From: Nemertoderma westbladi
Lineage: Eukaryota; Animalia; Xenacoelomorpha
Direction of reading: 5' to 3'
Assembly: GCA_032718475.1 (NCBI GenBank)
Contig: JAUCBJ010000537.1
Coordinates: 1 to 50,701 of the forward strand
DNA length: 50,701 bases
Under the pieces are notes generated by a model that saw only the letters and a list, made by a program, of their open reading frames with translations, ran no database searches and had not been told where the DNA came from. Below are positions 37,405-49,189 of the stretch, piece after piece. The translations under genes and the position numbers were made by a program. Numbering within the stretch: the stretch's first letter is position 1; every line of letters starts with the position of its first letter.

Positions 37405-38780
37405 TCACGTTGGGGAGTCCCTAGATGTCTGTTGGATTAGGGAGGTGGTCGTGGGAAGAGTATCTTGCCTTCCATAGTTTCCGGAGAGTTCTCTGTCTCT
37501 TTCCAGTAAATATAAACGACCAACTGGGCGATTGAGCTGCTGTGTCTCGAAGACAATTCCCGTTTTCTTAAAGTTACGTCGCATGACGACGAGTTCTACC
37601 GATCGCACCAAACCATCATCCGAGATATGAGTCTCGATGATACGACCTGTCTGCCACCGCTTACGTGGAAGATCTGAATCCACAATAAGGACCATGTCTC
37701 CAGCGCCGACGTTTTCTTGCTGCGCAAACCACTTAGTTCGAAGTTGTAGCGTGGGCAGATAATGTTTTTCGAAATGGTCAGCGAAATGACGGGATAACAA
37801 CTGCATAAGTTGCCAAGTTTGCCGGCAGTATTCGTCTCCGTCCGTGATTTCCGATCGTGGGAGCATGGCTACAGGTTTCTTCAGTAGGAAGTGCGCGGGT
37901 GTTAGCGCTTCCAGGGAATCGGAACTCAATGAGACTGGCATAAGCGGTCTCTCGTTGAGATAGGCGGCGATTTCCTCCATTAACGTCCGCAAAAGTTCGT
38001 CGGTGAGATACGCGCGGCATGGCACTATAAAGTGAAATGCGTCTTCACGCTTCTGATTAATCTCTCCCAACTTCCTCCCCACCAAGGGGCGTCGGCGGCG
38101 TTGAAGGTCCAGCTAGACGCTGTTACCCTTAGCTGATCGTCCACCTGTCTTTGGTTCCAATCTTTGACGTAAGCCTTGATTTCATTGTTGGCACCAATGA
38201 AGTTCGTTCCCTTATCAGATCTCATCGTGTTACTAGTTCCAAAGCAAGCGATCTGTCGGCGTAAGCTCAATATGAAGCTATTGGTAGACAAATCGTTCAC
38301 CATATCGAGATGGATAGCTCTACAAGTCATACAGACAAAGATGACACACCATCTCTTGACTATAGTCCTAGCACGATATACTTCAATAGGGCCAAATAAA
38401 TCCACACCGGTATTAGTAAAGGGTGGTTCATAGAAGCTTACTTGTTCCCTAGGTAATTCTGCCTCTCGCTGTGTTAAAGGCCTACTGAATGCTTTCCTAC
38501 AGGGTATGCAGTTCCTAAGAACTTGGTTCAGAGCTCTACGGGGTTTATGAAAATAATAGTGAGTTCGAATTTCGCTAAGAACTCGTTCTCTACCAGCATG
38601 ATAAAGCTTACTGTGAACATCTACAATCATCTTGATTTGAATTTCAAGATTTCTAATGAGTATGGGAAACTTAGTGTCAAAGGATAATGGAGCATTAGTC
38701 AGTCTCCCTCCAACACTTATTAACCCATCTATCATTGTGCTAGAGAAACGATCCCTTAAGCGCATCTGTGGATTTCTCAA
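37405..38780 (-). pseudogene. pol: BEL integrase (HHCC, DDE core, C-terminal domain), frameshift near 38030
   Basis: HSKLYH..CIPC, TGVDLFGP, SDKGTNFIG, GGSWERLIRSVK, then LNERPL, LTPAHFL, KW, GDMVLI, W.TGRI, DGLVRSV. Confidence 0.92.
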
Positions 38781-38831
38781 TAACAGGAAATACTTATCGG
38801 AATCCTCATAGCATTGCAGGAGTCTCAGTAT

Positions 38832-39914
38832 CTATTTATTGGTTTCTTCATGCTCCTGGTAACTGATCTTCTCCTTCAGAAACCTGTCGGATATCTTGTA
38901 TTTGGGAAGATCTTTAACAACATGGACCTGCGCAGATGTCAGTGGAGCGGTATCACTAGTGGTCTTCGTCCTGGAGTAGTGATGATGAAAACATCGCTTT
39001 AAATATGTAACGGCCTTACAGAGCCGATTCCAGGAACTATAGTGATGTATCGCTCTCTGCAGGAGGGGTGAGAGTCCTTGCGAGACGTCTGGTATTCCAG
39101 ATTTCCAATCCCTCTCTCTGATTTCCACAACAGACTTATTTGTGGCTGTGGGTTTCGGATCCAAAGCGTCGTCTCCGGAAGTGTGTAGTACAGACAGATC
39201 TACCACGGGTTTAAATAACTTCGATTTACTCGCCCGAGTTTTAGGTTTGACTTTCTCCGCTCCCTTGGCCTGTCTAATCTCCGCCGTAGTAAGATGAGGA
39301 GGCCATTCATCCTCTTCTTTGCTTAGGAAGTCGGGTCCACCTAACCAGTCTGGAGTATCTATCAGTTCTTGTGGAGTTGCTCCCCTGGAGGCGATGTCTG
39401 CTGGATTAATCGTTCCGGGGCAATGTCTCCATTGATCTATCTTCGTGCGACTAAGTATAATGGCTACTCTGTTGGTAACGAAGACGCTGAACTGACAGAC
39501 TTCATTGGTTATATACTCCAACACGAGTAAAGCATCGGTCCAATAGATAGTTTTCTCCAGTGGATAGTCGATCTGTTCTGTTACATTCCGGCCGATGGCT
39601 GTAGCGTATAGAGCCGCTTTCAACTCCGCTCGAGGAACTTTCAACTTGTTGTTTATCAAGGCCTTAGAGGTAACCAAGGCGACCTTAATTCCATCCGGAG
39701 TTTCAACTCTCAGGTAGGCTACTATACCTATTCCCATATCGCTAGCGTCTCCAAACACATGGAGTTGAGAGGAATACGTAGGGAGAACATGACCAAAATA
39801 TGAACGGGAAATTATAAAGTTCTTGATTGATGGTAGAGAATCTTCCCATTTCATCCACTTCTTTAATAGTTCTCCCTTAAGTGGATCGTCCCATGAGTGG
39901 TTTTCAAGCCACAT
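38832..39914 (-). pseudogene. pol: BEL RT connection and RNase H segment, frameshifted at both ends
   Basis: SWDDPL, LHVFGDASD, VPRAELKAA, YWTD, FVTNRV, WRHCPGTINPADIASRG. Confidence 0.92.
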
Positions 39915-42900
39915 TTTTGTTGTACTAAACTCCGAGCAATCAATATAACCGGGCTAATAAATCCCAATGGATCGAAATAAGTGCTCAGGATACTTAGACA
40001 AATCCGTTTAGTCCGAACTGGATTATCTCGCTGTTTTAGCTGGAAAAACAGGATATCTCTCTCTGTGTCCCATTTCAAACCAAGTGTCTTGGTTTCTGGA
40101 AGATCGTCTTTGATTAGGTCTAGATCTTTAACTCCTCGGTCTTCTACCGGGATCGATTCCAGATACTCACGGGAGTTGCTGGTGAATTTAGTTAATCGAA
40201 ATCCACCTCTTTTCAAGCACTCTACCGTTCCTTTGGCGACATCAATGGCTTCTTCCACTGATGGGAGGGACTTTAAATTGTCGTCCATGTATATATCCCG
40301 TTTGATGTTGTCGATCACCTCTTTAGAGAAGGCGTCCCGGTTGTCATCAGCAGTGGTGCGCACTACTGAGCAGGCGTTTGAAGGGCTCGAGATGATCCCA
40401 AAAGCCTGGATGGTCATCCAGTACTCCACCGGTTTCTGGTTGAGGTCTCCCTCAGGCCACCACAGAAATCGTAGGCTGTCTCGATCCCTATCCAGCGCCT
40501 TAACTTGTAAGAACATGCCTTCTATATCGGAGGCGAAAGCGATTGAATATTGTCGTAATCTTAAAAGTATTCCCAACAAGGATTGGAGTAAGTTGGGTCC
40601 TGGCAACAACTCGGAATTGAGGGATTGGCCCATGTAGAGGGCGGAGCCGTCAAATACTACCCGGACTTGGTTGGGTTTACCGGGTTTGGGAACGTAATGA
40701 TGTGTTAGATAGTACGTTCTCTCAGTTATGGGTGTATCTTCCGGTACTCGCTCCGCATATCCCTTGTCAATAAATTTCTTCAACTGAGTTTTGTACATTT
40801 CCTTAGCTGAAGCATTTGCCGTAAGGCGTCGATGTAGTTGCGCAATTCTTTTCTCCGCCAAGGGTCGGTTGTTTATAAATATAGGTTCTCGCTTTCGAAA
40901 TGGCACACCAATTTCATATCTACCTTGATCTTTAAGAAAACGTGTAGTTGTTTCCTGTATCTGCTTGGATCTTTCTTCTTCTACCGATAGGGCCTTATCG
41001 TAGGAATTAGGCTCTACAGCCTCTTGAGTAAAGAATCGTACGGCGTGTTCATCCCGAGTCTTCGCGTTGTAGCGATCTATCACGTCATTCAGTTCGTCGT
41101 TATAGTCGACTGGTCCTGATGGACGAATGAGTTGACATAGGTTCACTTGGTTTTGCCAAGTTTCGTTTTCCGTAAGGAGGTCGATGGTATTCTCCTCGTC
41201 GAAGAGTTGGTGGATATCGTCATTATCTGAGGAGTATGGTGTTCCCTCAGTTGTGTCGTCTACCTCACTGTTCTCCTCTTCCCATTCACTTACCTGGTAG
41301 ACCCGTTCTTTGGGTAACCTTTCCATGAGAGTTCTACGGGAAGGGCCAGTAAAGTACCAACCTACTCTAGTTCTTCCCGCATAGGTTTGTAGTGGTTGCG
41401 GTTGAGCAGGCCGTTTCTCCAATGTCTCAAGCGCCTCATGCGCATTTTGGCCGATGAGTATTTGCACTCCAGGGTAGTCTGTGTTGAATCTAGGTATCTT
41501 AAGCTGCTGGGTGAAATCGTCCTCATCCCAGTTATAAGGTTCCACTTGGCTGGTAGCGAAGTTCTTTATCGCTACCATTTTTACTGACCTTATACTGTGT
41601 TCTCCTAGTTCATCCTGGGGGGTGGACAACGCACCTACATAGTAATCTGCAATTACTGTAGATTTCCAAACCTGCATAATTCCTGACATGTTTAACTTAG
41701 TTCGGAACTTGGGTTGTCCAGCAAAGATGTCTTCGGCTAGTTCTTTGTCGATGAATGTTCCTGTGCTGCCGGAGTCAAGGAGGGCATTCACTATATAACT
41801 CTTGTCAGGCCCGTGGACTCTCAACTGCACTATGGGAAATTCTCGGATTCCTACGTTGGAAGTTGGTGCTTTCCAAGATGGTTGTCGGTCAGGAGTAGTT
41901 AGGGGGAGCTCATTGTCGGTTTCCTTCTCATACGTAAGTGCTCGATACACTGCGGTATTTATTAGGTAACAGGATTCGTTTTCGTCGGAGAATTCGTCCG
42001 TATAGAATCCTTCCATCTCAGAACTTTGGTCAGTGTCGTTCACATCACTGAATTGGACATGTAGTTCGGACTCACTTACCTGACTCGGGCTGTTTCTTTC
42101 GAATTCAGTGTGCAACAAGATATGATGTTTCGCGCCGCACTTTGCACACCTTGCGTCGGAGTAACAGGTTCGCCGTTGGTGTCCTTGTCTGAGGCAATTA
42201 TAACACAACCGCTTATCCCACATGACTTTACGTCTATCTTTTAGTGATTTCTTTAAAAATTTATCACACACACTTAAACGGTGGGACCCGTCGCACAGCG
42301 CACATTTTGGTTTGATGTTACTCACCTTACCTTGGGTAACGTTGTGCACTCTCGTTCTTTCCTCGGGCTTTCTTCCGTGAACTCTATTAGGAGACGTAGG
42401 AGGAGTTTTTGTTACCTGTTCTCTCCTGTCATTGGTTCGAGACTTAAATTTACTTACGTCTTTAGGCGCTTTGTTGATATAGTAAGATCTTTCAGTGTCT
42501 TTCCCGCTGTCCTCTTCTTGAGAAGCCTGGCTTTCGCCGTCGTCGGTATAACACACTGGTGTTACTTTTCTCCTAGAAACGGGTTTCTCACTTACCTTAT
42601 TTTCCGGTGTCTTCTCTCTGGACTGCTTTAGGAGCTGTAATTTTACTTCTCCATCTAAGAATGACATGAGATCAGCCATGGTAGGGTCTCGTCGTTGTTG
42701 TTCCATCATATATAACACTTTCTTATCCCAGCGTGTACCTACTCCACCCTTTGGTAAAGTAGATGCTACGGCTCCAATAACCATAGAACTCTGATATTCA
42801 TGAGACTTACCTAGCCAATCTAATTGTCTACAGATCTCCTGAATCTCATCGGAAAACTCTATAATCCCGCTGCTAATGAACTTTCGGGGCGCTACCAATT

Positions 42901-43069
42901 TTGCATACAAATACCTAGCTATGTTATTCCTATTACCATACCTGATGTTTAGTGTATCCCAAACTTGTCTTAATCCATCTGGATGTCCAATAAACTTTAA
43001 CGCCATTAACTTGGGAGATCCTTCCAAGCACTCGATGAGGAATCTAAGTTTCTCTCCGTTAGATAGCAC
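39863..43069 (-). CDS. BEL gag-protease-RT segment (1068-aa open piece of the polyprotein)
   Basis: EKLRFLIECLEG..L..RYG capsid-like region. Knuckles CALCDGSHRLSVC, CYNCLRQGHQRRTC and CAKCGAKHHILLH. Protease ALLDSGS..ILIG. RT RVVFDGSA, DIEGMFLQV, LRFLW, FGIISSP, IYMDD. Confidence 0.93.
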   Translation of the reverse strand: MLSNGEKLRFLIECLEGSPKLMALKFIGHPDGLRQVWDTLNIRYGNRNNIARYLYAKLVAPRKFISSGIIEFSDEIQEICRQLDWLGKSHEYQSSMVIGAVASTLPKGGVGTRWDKKVLYMMEQQRRDPTMADLMSFLDGEVKLQLLKQSREKTPENKVSEKPVSRRKVTPVCYTDDGESQASQEEDSGKDTERSYYINKAPKDVSKFKSRTNDRREQVTKTPPTSPNRVHGRKPEERTRVHNVTQGKVSNIKPKCALCDGSHRLSVCDKFLKKSLKDRRKVMWDKRLCYNCLRQGHQRRTCYSDARCAKCGAKHHILLHTEFERNSPSQVSESELHVQFSDVNDTDQSSEMEGFYTDEFSDENESCYLINTAVYRALTYEKETDNELPLTTPDRQPSWKAPTSNVGIREFPIVQLRVHGPDKSYIVNALLDSGSTGTFIDKELAEDIFAGQPKFRTKLNMSGIMQVWKSTVIADYYVGALSTPQDELGEHSIRSVKMVAIKNFATSQVEPYNWDEDDFTQQLKIPRFNTDYPGVQILIGQNAHEALETLEKRPAQPQPLQTYAGRTRVGWYFTGPSRRTLMERLPKERVYQVSEWEEENSEVDDTTEGTPYSSDNDDIHQLFDEENTIDLLTENETWQNQVNLCQLIRPSGPVDYNDELNDVIDRYNAKTRDEHAVRFFTQEAVEPNSYDKALSVEEERSKQIQETTTRFLKDQGRYEIGVPFRKREPIFINNRPLAEKRIAQLHRRLTANASAKEMYKTQLKKFIDKGYAERVPEDTPITERTYYLTHHYVPKPGKPNQVRVVFDGSALYMGQSLNSELLPGPNLLQSLLGILLRLRQYSIAFASDIEGMFLQVKALDRDRDSLRFLWWPEGDLNQKPVEYWMTIQAFGIISSPSNACSVVRTTADDNRDAFSKEVIDNIKRDIYMDDNLKSLPSVEEAIDVAKGTVECLKRGGFRLTKFTSNSREYLESIPVEDRGVKDLDLIKDDLPETKTLGLKWDTERDILFFQLKQRDNPVRTKRICLSILSTYFDPLGFISPVILIARSLVQQKCGLKTTHGTIHLRENY

Positions 43070-43100
43070 AGAGTTCTGTATGTTATCTTTATAATATTCA

Positions 43101-45625
43101 TTAAAACCATTTCATCTCATCTCCATTGAACTTGACGATCTCTCCCACCTTTACCGCTTGACGGGCTTCGGTTCTAGCCATTTGACGCGTAAAACTTTCT
43201 TGGGCCATCGTGTTATTTAATATCGAGTTATCGGTATATAAATTTCTCGGATTATGATCAGGTCTATATGGAATATCATTGTCAACAGGTTTATAATTAC
43301 CCTTAATACGGTTTACTATAGGAGTTTCTACTTCACTAGCAGTATAGATGCGTGTAGGCTCCACACCTTGCGCATGAAATACTTCAGACCTAACAGGTTG
43401 ACACATTGTTACAGGGGGTGGTGGTATACCCTTTTGTATATTTACCAATTTATCGCGTTCTAACGCGATACTCTGCAGCACTTCTTGCAACTCTAACCTA
43501 CCCTCTCTGACTGTTCCCTTTAACTGCTGAACAGTCCCTTCCATCTCCCAGATCTGCTGAGAGGAGCAGAAACGGTGTTCCCTCAGCTGCCCGAGCAGGA
43601 GACCCATCTCCCGCCGTCCCTCATCCACCCACTCCACCGCCGAAGCAGGAGCTGCCAACATAGTAGCGGGTAGACGAGGGACAACGGGCGACAAATCGTT
43701 GATATTTCGCTCGGAGTCCAGGACAGGAACTGTCTCAGGGGCAGTTCTGCTGGGCACAGGTAGTTTAGTGCTGTGCAAAGGGAATTTAGAGGTAGGTTCT
43801 GGGAGTACAGGTGTCTCTATCACCGAAGGGGTGGCTTCAAGAACAGGCCTAATTATTTCAGGCTCATCTACTATAGTAGGGAGTCTTTCTATTCTAATAA
43901 TCTGGTCTGTGGGTTCTGTACACCTAAGTCTGTGCTAGCTAGTTGCCTTCTAACAGCTGGGGGCAAATCAGGCAATTTCTGACGGTGGGGCATTCTTCTA
44001 CGCCTGCTTAGACGAGATCTATTTCCCCCGCCTTCAGGATCGGTGGTATCGCCTTCATCAGATGATGTAAATCCCTGTCTTTTGGGAGTAGATCGACTTA
44101 TCATCTGCATTTGACTAGCTGTTAACTGTTTATTCATGTAGTCTTGCTTCTCTTGAAGATTTTCCAAATCTAGTTGGGTGGTCTCTTCAGATGCTCTCCG
44201 TTCTGCTTCTGCCACTGCTATCTTTCTTTCCACTTCTGCCGCTTTTCTTTCCGCTTCTGCCGCTTTTCTTTCCACTTCTGCCGCTGCCTCTGCCACTTTT
44301 CTTTCCACTTCTGCCGCTGCCTCTGCCGCTTTTCTTTCCACTTCTGCCGCTGCCTCTACCGCTTTTCTTTCCACTTCTGCCGCTTTTCTTTCCACTTCTG
44401 CCGCTTTTCTTTCTGCTTCTGCCGCTGCCACTGCCGCTGCTGCTGTCTTTCTGTCTTCTATACGTTTTTTCTTTACTTGTTCTTCTTGGACCCTAGTGAT
44501 GCGGAGGCGTTCATCAAATTTAGCTTGGTTTGCAGCTAACATTTCCGCATCTATTGCGTCCAACACAAACTTGGCTCCTTCACTATTAGGACGAAGTCCA
44601 GCCAGCCTTCTCCTCAACTCTTCATCACCTAGAAATCGTTGATAGTCTGACAGATAGATGTCAATAGTGTCCTTCTTCTACGGTTTCTCTGCTGTCGATT
44701 CGCTTTCCACCTGAGAAAAGGTAGCGTCTGTTGATTCTCCGTGGGTTGAGTGCTCAGCCAGCTGAAATTTCCACTGGGCCATTCCTTGAACCTTGAGACT
44801 CACCCGCTGGAACCAAGTCTTTACGGCAACTTGCAACGACGTGTCTTGTCTTCTTTTCGAAGCTTCCTCAAAGGCCGATAGGATTAGTCTGATTCTTCGA
44901 ATTCTTTCTCTAACTTGATAAAGCAGCTCTCCCTGCTCTTGAGGTCCTTGGGGTTGTCGAAACAGTTGTTCTTCTAATCGCTCCAAAGAGCTGAAGAATC
45001 CCTGTACATATCCTGCTGCCGACCTCTTCCACACAGCTGGATCACTAGTGTCTTTTGTCACTCCCATCCTGTGTATGTCTTCCCAGGCAACTTCCGATAA
45101 GTCAAACGGGAGTCCGGGTCTGGGGAAGTTCCATTGCGACTCGACAATAGACTTCAGTTCCTCCCTTGTGTATCCCGCATAACTATCCTTGGTCGATCGC
45201 TTACTTCTCGCCCAATCAATTTGGTGTTCCTCCACCGCAATCAATACCCTAGTGAGTACGGCTGCAGGAAGGATGAGAAGGGGATCCGAATAAACCGCAT
45301 CTGCCATCTTTGCTCCGCGCTCGGGTGTCAGCTCTACAGTATCCGAACTACTGGAGCTGTCGGGCCGCTGAGAAATAAGTTCTCAGCTCGAGTGTTGCTG
45401 CTGTTTAACAGCTGATTCTTGGTCCCGCTTGACTTGAGCCTGAGTGCCTATGATAGACCTACGGTGTTGGACTAGCCTAGGGTCTGATACTACTACTGGA
45501 GGGATGATCTTTCTTACAGTAGGAGGTGAGTTGAACTTCGGTCTCACACGTTCCACACTCCTGTCTGGGTCACAGATGGTTGTATCTAGGAGACTGTCTG
45601 ACAGGTTTTGCTTTGTGTCAGACAT
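43101..45625 (-). pseudogene. gag: Long N-terminal gag extension (about 840 codons) with two in-frame stops and frameshifts
   Basis: ORFs starting at 45625, 45307 and 44617 share one frame and are separated by single stops (45383, 44678). The frame shifts to ORF 43823-43101, which ends in KFNGDEMKWF, the FxGD..xW motif that begins the BEL capsid domain. Confidence 0.8.
44195..44445 (-). repeat. Coding 21/33-bp repeats (AAEVERK)n, coiled-coil-like
   Basis: TTTCTTTCCACTTCTGCCGC units on +, translated in ORF 43889-44617. Confidence 0.85.
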
Positions 45626-45759
45626 GTTTGTTTGTACAGTTGAATGCCTACTGCTATATTACAGTTAAAGCAAGTCTAGTAATTCAGTATCAACTGTTAG
45701 CCTAGTAATTAATTACCGATATCGTTACTCAGTGTAACGTGATATATTTACAATATATT

Positions 45760-46137
45760 AGAATACCGGTATGCACTTATAGTATATATATAAGTATTAT
45801 TACAGACTAGGTTTGTCACAGAATACCGGTATATAATTTCATCGCAAATATATAGAAATATATAATAAGCATATCGTAAATACCGGTATACAGCTTACAC
45901 TTATAGTATATATAAGTATAATTATAGACTAGAATTAATTACAGAATACCGGTATATAATTTTAGCTCAAATTTATAGAAATAAATAGAATAAGCCTATC
46001 GTAAATACCGGTATACAACTTACACTTATAGTATATATAAGTATAATTATAGACTAGAATTAATTACAGAATACCGGTATATAATTTCAGCACAAATATA
46101 TAGAAATATATAATAAGTCTATTGTAAATACCGGTAT
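45760..46137. repeat. About three copies of a 123-125-bp AT-rich tandem repeat in the 5' leader
   Basis: GAATACCGGTATATAATTT recurs at 45821, 45944 and 46069. Each unit carries two ATACCGGTAT palindromes. Confidence 0.85.
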
Positions 46138-47643
46138 GTCAATTATTTTAGAATAATTGAATTTCTGAATTTTAGGGTTACTTGGTTACTTTACTTTACT
46201 TTATTACCATTATTTAAGCAGTAGTCCAACTGATATTAAGACCTAATTGTTGTATGACAGGCCTACTATTTTATAAATCGGTTTGAGTTGATTTATAATA
46301 TATATACCCGTTTAATGGGTTTCGTTACAATATTTGAAATAAATGTTATTATTTCTGGGAAGGAGTCACTACACAGAAGCTGTACGCTCTCAGTGAAGTG
46401 CTACTTGTTGGACACTAAAACAAATAATTCTAATTTGCCTAAGTTACTTATTACTACAAATTATGTACAATACGGGATGAGATTACAATCTCCAAATAAA
46501 CACAAAAATTACACGTACGAATTTTAGGGGTAATTTTAAAAGAAGTCTACAAACCAGCCTAACAAGGGGTTAGAATTTCTGGTTATTACAACGGACAGGA
46601 TACTACAGTATTTGAAAGTAATGAAGCAGTAGTAAATATATTGCGTTGTCCAGATAGGAAAAATACCACCGTCTGACGACTTATAGCCGTAGCGCTATAA
46701 GTACTACGTTATGTACACGGAGTGTTCCTACCTAGAAGTTAATTACCGCGGCCTACCAGAGCCAACGTGCCTATTAACCACTTTACAACACAAATATACT
46801 GCCTACACACTAATTACCTTCGGAAAGCACTGTACACTAAACCCTAAATTAGGTACAAGTACTTATACAACAAATAACCAGCAGTTAAAAATACTTGTAC
46901 AGTAAAAGAACCACGGTATCTGCCGGAGTGACCAGAGCATAAAATCACCAGTCTTTACCTACGCCGAACAGCCCTGATGTAGTACCGGGGTTAATTTAAC
47001 TATAACGGTATGTATAACAAGCACTATTACTGTAGGAATAAACTTGGGGGTATGTATGTTGCGAATAATCGCATAAACTCTGAATAATAAATATTACGCT
47101 ACCCGTACAGACTACACAAACAAACTACAAACCAAATGCTGGCAGACTACTATCAAGCCTAAATAAACTACAGTATATGCAGACTCCGAAATGGTTAGTT
47201 AGTATGCGTTCTAACCGAGTAGTACGACTTATTCTTTCGGGGGGATTTACCTTACAGCACTGGATGCCACCCACGTTCCTAACTAGTACTTTATCGGACA
47301 TACACTCTACACACACTGCAATCTCTTCAGACTTAACAACAGTCAGACAACAGTCCAGCCTATAAATTATCTGTACAATCTGAGCAGGCTTATATGCCTT
47401 CTGCTCAATATTAACTTACAAATAAATAAAACTGACAGAAATAAGTAAAATCCCAATAAAAAACCAGGGTGGCCGTCCCTGATTAAATATCAAGACCTAC
47501 CGGTATATAATTATCAAATCGAATAATACTGCTGTACCTGTACTGCTGTAAGTACCGGTTCGGGTGGTTAGGCAGTCAGGCCTACTGGTTACCGGTCGAC
47601 CGGTACTTTTCGACTTTATTGCCTACGTTTCAATAAAGAAGCA

Positions 47644-47654
47644 ATAACTGTTAT
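47644..47654 (-). promoter_or_regulatory. Non-canonical primer-binding site ATAACAGTTAT (candidate self-priming PBS)
   Basis: Abuts the 5' LTR end, lacks TGG, and is the exact reverse complement of ATAACTGTTAT at 48412-48402 on the same strand within the LTR. Confidence 0.6.
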
Positions 47655-48856
47655 TGTTCGCGCTTTTAGACCTTTAGCAGTTTAACCTGCCAAATTTAGG
47701 TGTCTTCTAGGTTATAAATCGACTTTAGCCTATGACAAGTATTTGATACACATAAACTACATTAGCCGAAGCCAGCCTATGCGCGACCATTCACCCACGG
47801 TTAAGGGAGACTGGATTCGGATGCTCTGACCTTATTGCGGTGTAGGCCTACTGTATTATTCGACTGATCGTTAATATATAATCTCTGACAAATATTATTC
47901 ACTTTCGGGAAATATTAACAGTTCCTTTAGGACGTGGCGCTCTAAGTATGTAAACAGAGTTATGACTTACACTAAACACAACGGGATGGCTAATGATTCA
48001 CGTATAAAGCGCATTCTTTAGGAGATGCTTTGTTATCTATCACACTCATGCACACTGCCGCACAATGCTGCACACCGATCTGCCGACCTTCACTAATTGT
48101 AATCATATATAAGGAGAACAGCCACTGGCACATGTAGGGTCTATGAAATAGCATTCAATTCACTCCAAAACCACTACAATGTAAGTCGCAATTGCTATAT
48201 GTAACCGGTCTCTCTAACCTTCAGTATATCAAGAAGATTGGGGTTTTCTGATTATTTATCGATATTCTCCAAATATAACAATATTCCATCAACTGATACA
48301 ATTAATAACCGACAGTAAATAGCAGTAAAATAATGCGGTGTTTGTATGTGACAATATGAGCAGTTTGTGATATGCAGATTTGGTTTGATATGATAGATAG
48401 AATAACAGTTATACGTTTCTATGATCAAAGCCGTTCTAATGTTTTGCTAAAGTCTGAAACACAGAATAATTCCACAGCCGATGTTCTGGCATCAGGAAAA
48501 AAGGTAAACAAAGACCATAATGCATTGCGCGATTTCCCGGAGGCCTCTGTGCAAGTAAAATGAAAATCGCTCTGATTGGTCGAGTGAGTGAGCCTGAACA
48601 AAGAAAGCCAAAAGCTACACGTCGACATCTCAGCTGATAGATGTCGTCATCTGAAATACACTGTATTAAGAGTATTTTGGTGCACTGCGGCATAAAATTG
48701 CTAGTTATGTCCGCTAAAGTACACATACAGAAGAAATGGCTTTTTATGTCCACTAAAACACCTGTACAGTAAGGAAACGGCTTTTTATGTCCGCTAAAAC
48801 ACCTACAGAGTACTTTGCGGGGAAAATAACCAGCTAATTCCGCAAAAGCCTTTACA
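47655..48856 (-). repeat. 5' LTR (1202 bp)
   Basis: Direct repeat of 32395-33596. Three ~35-40-bp TTATGTCCGCTAAA-type repeats at about 48705-48810 in the U3 end, and a minus-strand CCAAT at about 48575. Confidence 0.97.
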
Positions 48857-49189
48857 TGCCCCCCCCCCCCCCCCCAAATTGTTCTACAAATCTTAGTGAG
48901 ATTGCATGAAATTTGAAACAGAGAAAGTTTCACCTCCCGACCACTGACTGGGTGACCCAGAATTTTTATTTTTGGTTTCATTCTTTAGCTACAAGCGTTT
49001 AAAAAAGTGTCTCCGTCGATATTGCACCAGGTACACCGCAGTTATTCTTCAAACATTTAGTGATTTGTTGGTGCTAGTGGAAAGCTGACCGTGCAAGGAA
49101 TCCAAATAGGTAAACATATGTGAATTTGGTTGGTAAATAGCTGAGATATGGGCATTAGAATTTTGCATGTATTTGCTTCCACTGCAGGT

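Larger units (their letters stand above)
32395..48856 (-). mobile_element. Full-length BEL/Pao LTR retrotransposon (16,462 bp), coding region disrupted
   Basis: Two 1202-bp direct repeats with TG..CA ends and a 5-bp TSD TGCCC (32390-32394, 48857-48861). Domain order gag (three Cys/His knuckles)-PR-RT-RH-IN, with BEL-type motifs RVVFDGSA, NPADIASRG, GVDLFGP and APWWGGSWERL. Confidence 0.97.

Noticed and set aside
39981-44642. Plus-strand ORFs overlapping gag-pol
   Set aside because: Antisense shadows of the coding strand and of the low-complexity AAEVERK repeat.
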